This document shows, one piece after another, positions 59,943 to 64,000 of a stretch of 64,000 nucleotides of DNA (position 1 is its first letter; every line of letters starts with the position of its first letter). Source of the DNA: Candidatus Kaiserbacteria bacterium (GTDB lineage Bacteria; Patescibacteriota; Minisyncoccia; Phycocordibacterales; Phycocordibacteraceae); contig JAHFMJ010000002.1 in assembly GCA_023269035.1 (NCBI GenBank), forward strand, positions 12,671-76,670, read 5' to 3'. The position numbers and the translations under genes are program-made. Below the pieces are notes generated by a model, which saw nothing but the letters and a program-made list of their open reading frames with translations, ran no database searches and was not told the origin of the DNA.

Positions 59943-61616
59943 ATGCTTTTCTTAAGGGAACATAGCGTGATGCTCAAGCTCGGAGCGCTCATGGCGCTCG
60001 GCTTCCTGCTCCGGCTCGGCGCAGTGACCTACGGGCTTCCTTTTGATGTTTTTGGCGACGAGTTCGTTCATGTTGCGACGGCGCTCTCGTTCTTGAACGG
60101 CATGACGCTCGTCGCGTCGCAATCGTTTTCATACGTACCATCCTTCATGGCTCTTATGCTCGCGCCGTTCTTCGTTCTTTACGGCGGTATTGGTATCATC
60201 CTCCATACCTTCGCAAACGTCGCCGCATTCAAAGAGTTTGCCATCCTCAATACGGAATGGTTCATGATCGGAGGGCGCATCCTCTCGGCGCTCTTCGGAA
60301 CTGCATTCCTCGGCCTCATCTTCCTTTTTGCAAAACAATTCATGTCGAGCCGGTTCGCGCTCCTTGCCGCCGCGTTCGCCGCGTTCGACTTCTGGCTCGT
60401 GCATGAGTCACAGATTGGGCACTTCTGGATGCCGATGACGTTCTTCATACTCGCTGCCTGCTATGCGCTCCTCCGCGTTGCACAAGGAGGAGGGAAGCGG
60501 TGGTCCCTCGCTTCTGCAGCCATGATCGCGTTCGGGTACTGGTGTGGCTACGTCTCCGTGTTGCTCATCCCCTGGTTCGTTCTTGCACATGCCGCTGCAA
60601 AACCGCGTTCATATAAGGAATTCTTTTTCTCGAACGGCGTACTGGCATTTTTGTTCGCTGGTATCTCGTGGCTCAATCCCGTCAGTTTCCTGCGCCAGTT
60701 CGGCCGTGCGCTGAAGAACCTCCTTCTTGTCGCCGGCATAGCGATACTGCCCGACCTCCCGGTGACGACCGGCGTCGGCGCGGTGCACCCGCTTCAAAAC
60801 GCGCTCCTCGTAGGACGCGTGATCTTCGATGCGAATCCTTTTCTTCTCTGCGTAGCCCTTATAGGTTTTGTGCTCATCGCTCGGCGATTCAAGCTCTTTT
60901 CCTTCGAGTCGAGCGTGCTCATAGGATTTCCGATCGCCTACTACGTCGTCACGATCTTCATCTGGACCGATCCTGATCCGCGCTACATCCTGCCCATCAT
61001 CCCGTTCCTTGTCGTCTCCTGCGCTTTTGCACTCTCTGAATTGAGCGTCTTTCTAATAAAGCGGATGAGCCCGCTTTTCGTTCGCATTTCTGTCAGTGTT
61101 GTCGCTATCGGCATCATCCTCTACACCTTTGCCCCGACAGTGCAGTACACGCTTCTTCTCCAACAGCCTGACACGCGCGTTGCTGCGGCTCTGTGGATAA
61201 CAGAGCACATTCCCTCGGGGGCTCATGTCGTTCTTGATGCTAAGAAGCTCACGCTCCCACGCGACAGCGAAGTGCTGACCTATTTGGAAAAGAACGCCCC
61301 GGGCGAACTACGCACGAAAGACCGCTTCTTGATCGAGAAAGGGGAAGTCCCGTCACCGGCATATTTCGTACTCTCTCGCGCGGTTGCCGATTCGCTCACC
61401 CTGCCGCTCAAGCAATTCGATTGGTACGTCAACGAGTATTATCCCGATACGGATACGCATGACCCGGGTAATGGGTTCATACGCGTTGCCACGTTTTCGC
61501 CCGCGCAGAAGAGCAATCTGGCCGATACGCTCTCAGGAGCGCTTGACCCGTTCGCAGCGCTCACTGGGCTCACCAACCTCGGGCCCTACGTTGTTATCTA
61601 TAAGCGTGCAGAGTAG
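59943..61616 (+). CDS. polytopic membrane glycosyltransferase of the GT39/GT83 (PMT/ArnT-like) superfamily
   Basis: 557 aa with more than ten TM helices. The N-terminal loop with acidic DE motif (LPFDVFGDEFVHV) is typical of GT-C enzymes that use polyprenyl-phosphate sugar donors. Confidence 0.55.
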   Translation: MLFLREHSVMLKLGALMALGFLLRLGAVTYGLPFDVFGDEFVHVATALSFLNGMTLVASQSFSYVPSFMALMLAPFFVLYGGIGIILHTFANVAAFKEFAILNTEWFMIGGRILSALFGTAFLGLIFLFAKQFMSSRFALLAAAFAAFDFWLVHESQIGHFWMPMTFFILAACYALLRVAQGGGKRWSLASAAMIAFGYWCGYVSVLLIPWFVLAHAAAKPRSYKEFFFSNGVLAFLFAGISWLNPVSFLRQFGRALKNLLLVAGIAILPDLPVTTGVGAVHPLQNALLVGRVIFDANPFLLCVALIGFVLIARRFKLFSFESSVLIGFPIAYYVVTIFIWTDPDPRYILPIIPFLVVSCAFALSELSVFLIKRMSPLFVRISVSVVAIGIILYTFAPTVQYTLLLQQPDTRVAAALWITEHIPSGAHVVLDAKKLTLPRDSEVLTYLEKNAPGELRTKDRFLIEKGEVPSPAYFVLSRAVADSLTLPLKQFDWYVNEYYPDTDTHDPGNGFIRVATFSPAQKSNLADTLSGALDPFAALTGLTNLGPYVVIYKRAE

Positions 61617-61628
61617 TATTGTCCGTAT

Positions 61629-62243
61629 ATGAGTCTCATCGCTTTGCTCAAACGCATACCTGTTGATTTTGGGATGGAGAATCTCAAATACACAACCAAA
61701 GGCAAGGAAATCGCTTTGGCGTTCGTGGGCCAGGGCAGCGCCGGAGCGACATTGCTCGATGTCGGTTGCCGCGACGGTTATTTCAGCCGCTTATTTGAAA
61801 AGCGCGGGTTTACCGTGACGTCCATCGATATCGAGTGCAAGTGGGACAAATGCAGCGTGGTCGATGCCAATAAGCCGCTCCCGTACCCCGATAACTCGTT
61901 CGACCGCATCTGGTGCTCCGAGGTCATCGAGCACCTTATCGATCCGGCAAAAACCATTGCCGAATTTCGACGCGTCCTGAAGCCGGGCGGTATCGCGGCC
62001 ATCACGACCCCGAACTCGACGTTCTGGCTCTATAGCGTCCTACGCTTGTTCGGCAAGACGCCGAAGGACGTTCAAAATAAGACGCACATTCACTTTTTCG
62101 GAAAAAGCGATTTACAGCCACTTTCTCCCGCAGACAGCATGATCTACGGCTTCTTCCCGTACCTCGGTCCACGGTTCCGCATCAGCCGCGGCGTCGGCCT
62201 GCTCTCGCCGACGTTCGTCTTTGCTATACGGAAACAAGCATGA
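61629..62243 (+). CDS. class I SAM-dependent methyltransferase
   Basis: Motif I (LLDVGCRDGYF) and the post-I/II regions (IWCSEVIEHLIDP…VLKPGGIAAITTPN) are present. Confidence 0.8.
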   Translation: MSLIALLKRIPVDFGMENLKYTTKGKEIALAFVGQGSAGATLLDVGCRDGYFSRLFEKRGFTVTSIDIECKWDKCSVVDANKPLPYPDNSFDRIWCSEVIEHLIDPAKTIAEFRRVLKPGGIAAITTPNSTFWLYSVLRLFGKTPKDVQNKTHIHFFGKSDLQPLSPADSMIYGFFPYLGPRFRISRGVGLLSPTFVFAIRKQA

Positions 62244-63181
62244 AGGCGCTCATAAAGATAGCCATTACCGGCGTTGTCCTCGCGCTCCTTTTTTCAGCCG
62301 TCGATGTGCATGCGCTCCTCGCGCATATCTCTGACGTGCCGTGGTATGCGATCGCCTACGCCGCTCTTTGTTATTTCATCGCGACGTATCTCGGTACGCT
62401 TCGTTGGACGATGCTCCTCAAAGCGGAGGGCGTCATCCTTCCGTTCCGACACCTCCTTTTTTATAATCTCTCTTACAACTTCTATTCAGTCGTGCTTCCC
62501 GGAGGGAAAGTCGCCGCTGAAGCCATTCGCGTCTATCAAATCGTCCGCGACACGGGAGATGCGAATGTGCGCGGTAAAGTTATTTTTCCGACGCTGCTCG
62601 ACCGGTCGATGGTCGTCGCTGTTTCTGCACTCGTTGCTGTACTCTTTTTCATCACTGCGCCTGTTGCCGTAGCGTTTCCCTGGTGGCTGCCGTATGCCGG
62701 GGTGCTCGCCGTCGGTGCGATCATGCTCACCGTGTTCCTCCCGGTTGAGCGGCTCTTCTCGTTTGGCAACGGGCTTGCCATCCCGAAGCGCTCTACGCTC
62801 CAGTCATTGCGTGATGCCCTTACAAAGTACCGTTCGCGCCCGGCGCTCCTCCTCTCCACGTCTGTCATCACGCTCCTTATGAATGTGGTTATCGCAAGCG
62901 GCATCTACGGCATCACACTCTCGCTGCACCTGCCGGCTTCGTACCTCCTGGTGTTCGAGGTCTTCTCCGTCGGCATGGTCACCGCGTTCCTTCCGCTCAC
63001 CATAGCCGGCATCGGCGTGCGCGAAGGCGTGTTCGCATATGTGCTCACTGCCGCCTCCGGCGCCCCGATCGAGGCGACGCTCTCGGTCTCGCTTCTCGCG
63101 CTTCTCGCGCTCCTCTCTGTTGTCGTTGTGGGCGGTGTTGTCGAGTTCTATCGGCATTTCATACGGCACGAAAAGATATGA
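62240..63181 (+). CDS. flippase-like membrane protein (lysylphosphatidylglycerol-synthase TM-region/UPF0104 family)
   Basis: 313 aa with about eight TM helices. The N-terminal block (…LLAHISDVPWYAIAYAALCYFIATYLGTLRWTMLLKAEGVILPFRHLLFYNLSYNFYSVVLPGGKVAAEAIRVY) resembles the PF03706 pattern. Confidence 0.5.
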   Translation: MKALIKIAITGVVLALLFSAVDVHALLAHISDVPWYAIAYAALCYFIATYLGTLRWTMLLKAEGVILPFRHLLFYNLSYNFYSVVLPGGKVAAEAIRVYQIVRDTGDANVRGKVIFPTLLDRSMVVAVSALVAVLFFITAPVAVAFPWWLPYAGVLAVGAIMLTVFLPVERLFSFGNGLAIPKRSTLQSLRDALTKYRSRPALLLSTSVITLLMNVVIASGIYGITLSLHLPASYLLVFEVFSVGMVTAFLPLTIAGIGVREGVFAYVLTAASGAPIEATLSVSLLALLALLSVVVVGGVVEFYRHFIRHEKI

Positions 63182-64000
63182 AAAAACTCTTGTATATCCT
63201 TCCCGAGTACCGCAGTGACGCGCACACGCATTTTTCCTACATTCCCGATTTTCTCGCTCGCCTCGCGCCATCCCTCTCCATAACGCTGCTTGTCGAGAGG
63301 GGAGAGTTGCCCGCTATTAACGGGGTACGAAGCGATTACTCCTCGCTTCTCTCCGTCATTTCCGCGCGGCTCTCCGGATGCAGAACGGCTTATGTCCACT
63401 ATTCGTTCAAAGGCGCCTTCCTCTCGGCGCTTATCTTCCGTCTGACCGGAGGAAAGGTCTTCTACTGGAATTGCGGCGAGTCGTGGAAGTATGGCCGCTC
63501 GTTCTTCCGCGGAGCCTTCGAACGCCTCGTCTATATGCTCGTCTCGCATGTCGTCACCGGGAGCGCCGGGCTTGCACAGCAGTATGCGACTCACTACGGC
63601 ATCCCGCGAAGCAAAGTCCTCGTCATGCCGAACTGGATAGATGTGCGCGGTACGCGCGGAAAAGCGAATCGAGAAGAGAAGCGGAGAGCACTCGGCGTCG
63701 GTGCGGATACGAAGATAGTAGTGTTCGCGCATCGCCTTTCGGAGCGGAAAGGAGCGCAGTATCTGCCTGACATAGCGGCTCACCTGCCGGAGGATGCCGT
63801 ACTTCTTGTCATCGGAGACGGGCCCCTCCGAAAGAGCGTCGAGGAAAAGACTCTCTCCGTAAGGCCTGCAGCGCGATTCCTTGGGTGGCAAGCGCACGAT
63901 GTCGTACTCTCATATATGAGCGCGGCTGACGTGTTCATCATGCCCTCCGACGAAGAGGGATTTCCTCACGTGCTCCTGGAGGCTTTCGTGTTCGGCGTTC
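63178..64000 (+). CDS. glycosyltransferase family 1 (3'-truncated by window end)
   Basis: ATG at 63178 (MKKLLYILPEY…). The GT4 motif begins at the window edge (…PSDEEGFPHVLLEAFVFGV). No stop within the window. Confidence 0.7.
   Translation, partial: MKKLLYILPEYRSDAHTHFSYIPDFLARLAPSLSITLLVERGELPAINGVRSDYSSLLSVISARLSGCRTAYVHYSFKGAFLSALIFRLTGGKVFYWNCGESWKYGRSFFRGAFERLVYMLVSHVVTGSAGLAQQYATHYGIPRSKVLVMPNWIDVRGTRGKANREEKRRALGVGADTKIVVFAHRLSERKGAQYLPDIAAHLPEDAVLLVIGDGPLRKSVEEKTLSVRPAARFLGWQAHDVVLSYMSAADVFIMPSDEEGFPHVLLEAFVFGV

Overview
High-GC (about 58-60%) bacterial chromosomal segment, gene-dense and mostly on the + strand. Several hallmarks point to a reduced-genome Patescibacteria/CPR-like organism, but this is inference from sequence only. 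The hallmarks are a divergent 16S rRNA with mismatches at universal primer sites, an intron-containing 23S rRNA, unlinked rRNA genes (23S-5S at 23.0-26.6 kb, 16S-tRNA-Ile at 36.0-38.2 kb), giant threonine/serine-rich surface proteins, a lamin-tail-domain protein, many family-1 glycosyltransferases and scarce Shine-Dalgarno motifs. Recognisable core genes include recO, glyQS, metG, tatD, rpsF-ssb-rpsR, efp, an ECF sigma factor, recA, ftsK, rplJ-rplL, a SEDS protein, folD, secDF, a pyrH-like kinase, mpg, purN/purD-like genes, murD, murC, rsmI and glmM. There are two cell-envelope glycan clusters (28.5-32 kb and 53.9-64 kb). The most unusual content is listed below. (1) A translationally coupled trio: a CofE-family gamma-glutamyl ligase homologue, a PP-loop ATP-pyrophosphatase with a QueC-like core that is a candidate MurL-type epimerase, and murD, followed by a class IV aminotransferase and murC. 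(2) A bacterial SET-domain protein wedged between tRNA-Leu and purD. (3) rRNA oddities: a group I-like intron in the 23S, a 16S 3' tail without CCUCC, split operon order, and a duplicated tRNA-Ile 3' end. (4) A low-GC islet with a wHTH protein and a 520-nt structured non-coding region upstream of a 1169-aa surface protein. (5) An SRP-RNA-like or L10-leader-like motif upstream of rplJ. (6) A P-loop NTPase with a degenerate Walker A motif coupled to a lamin-tail-domain protein. No CRISPR array, IS element or obvious defence system was seen. All coordinates are from reading the sequence by eye and may be off by a few nucleotides, especially for RNA ends.
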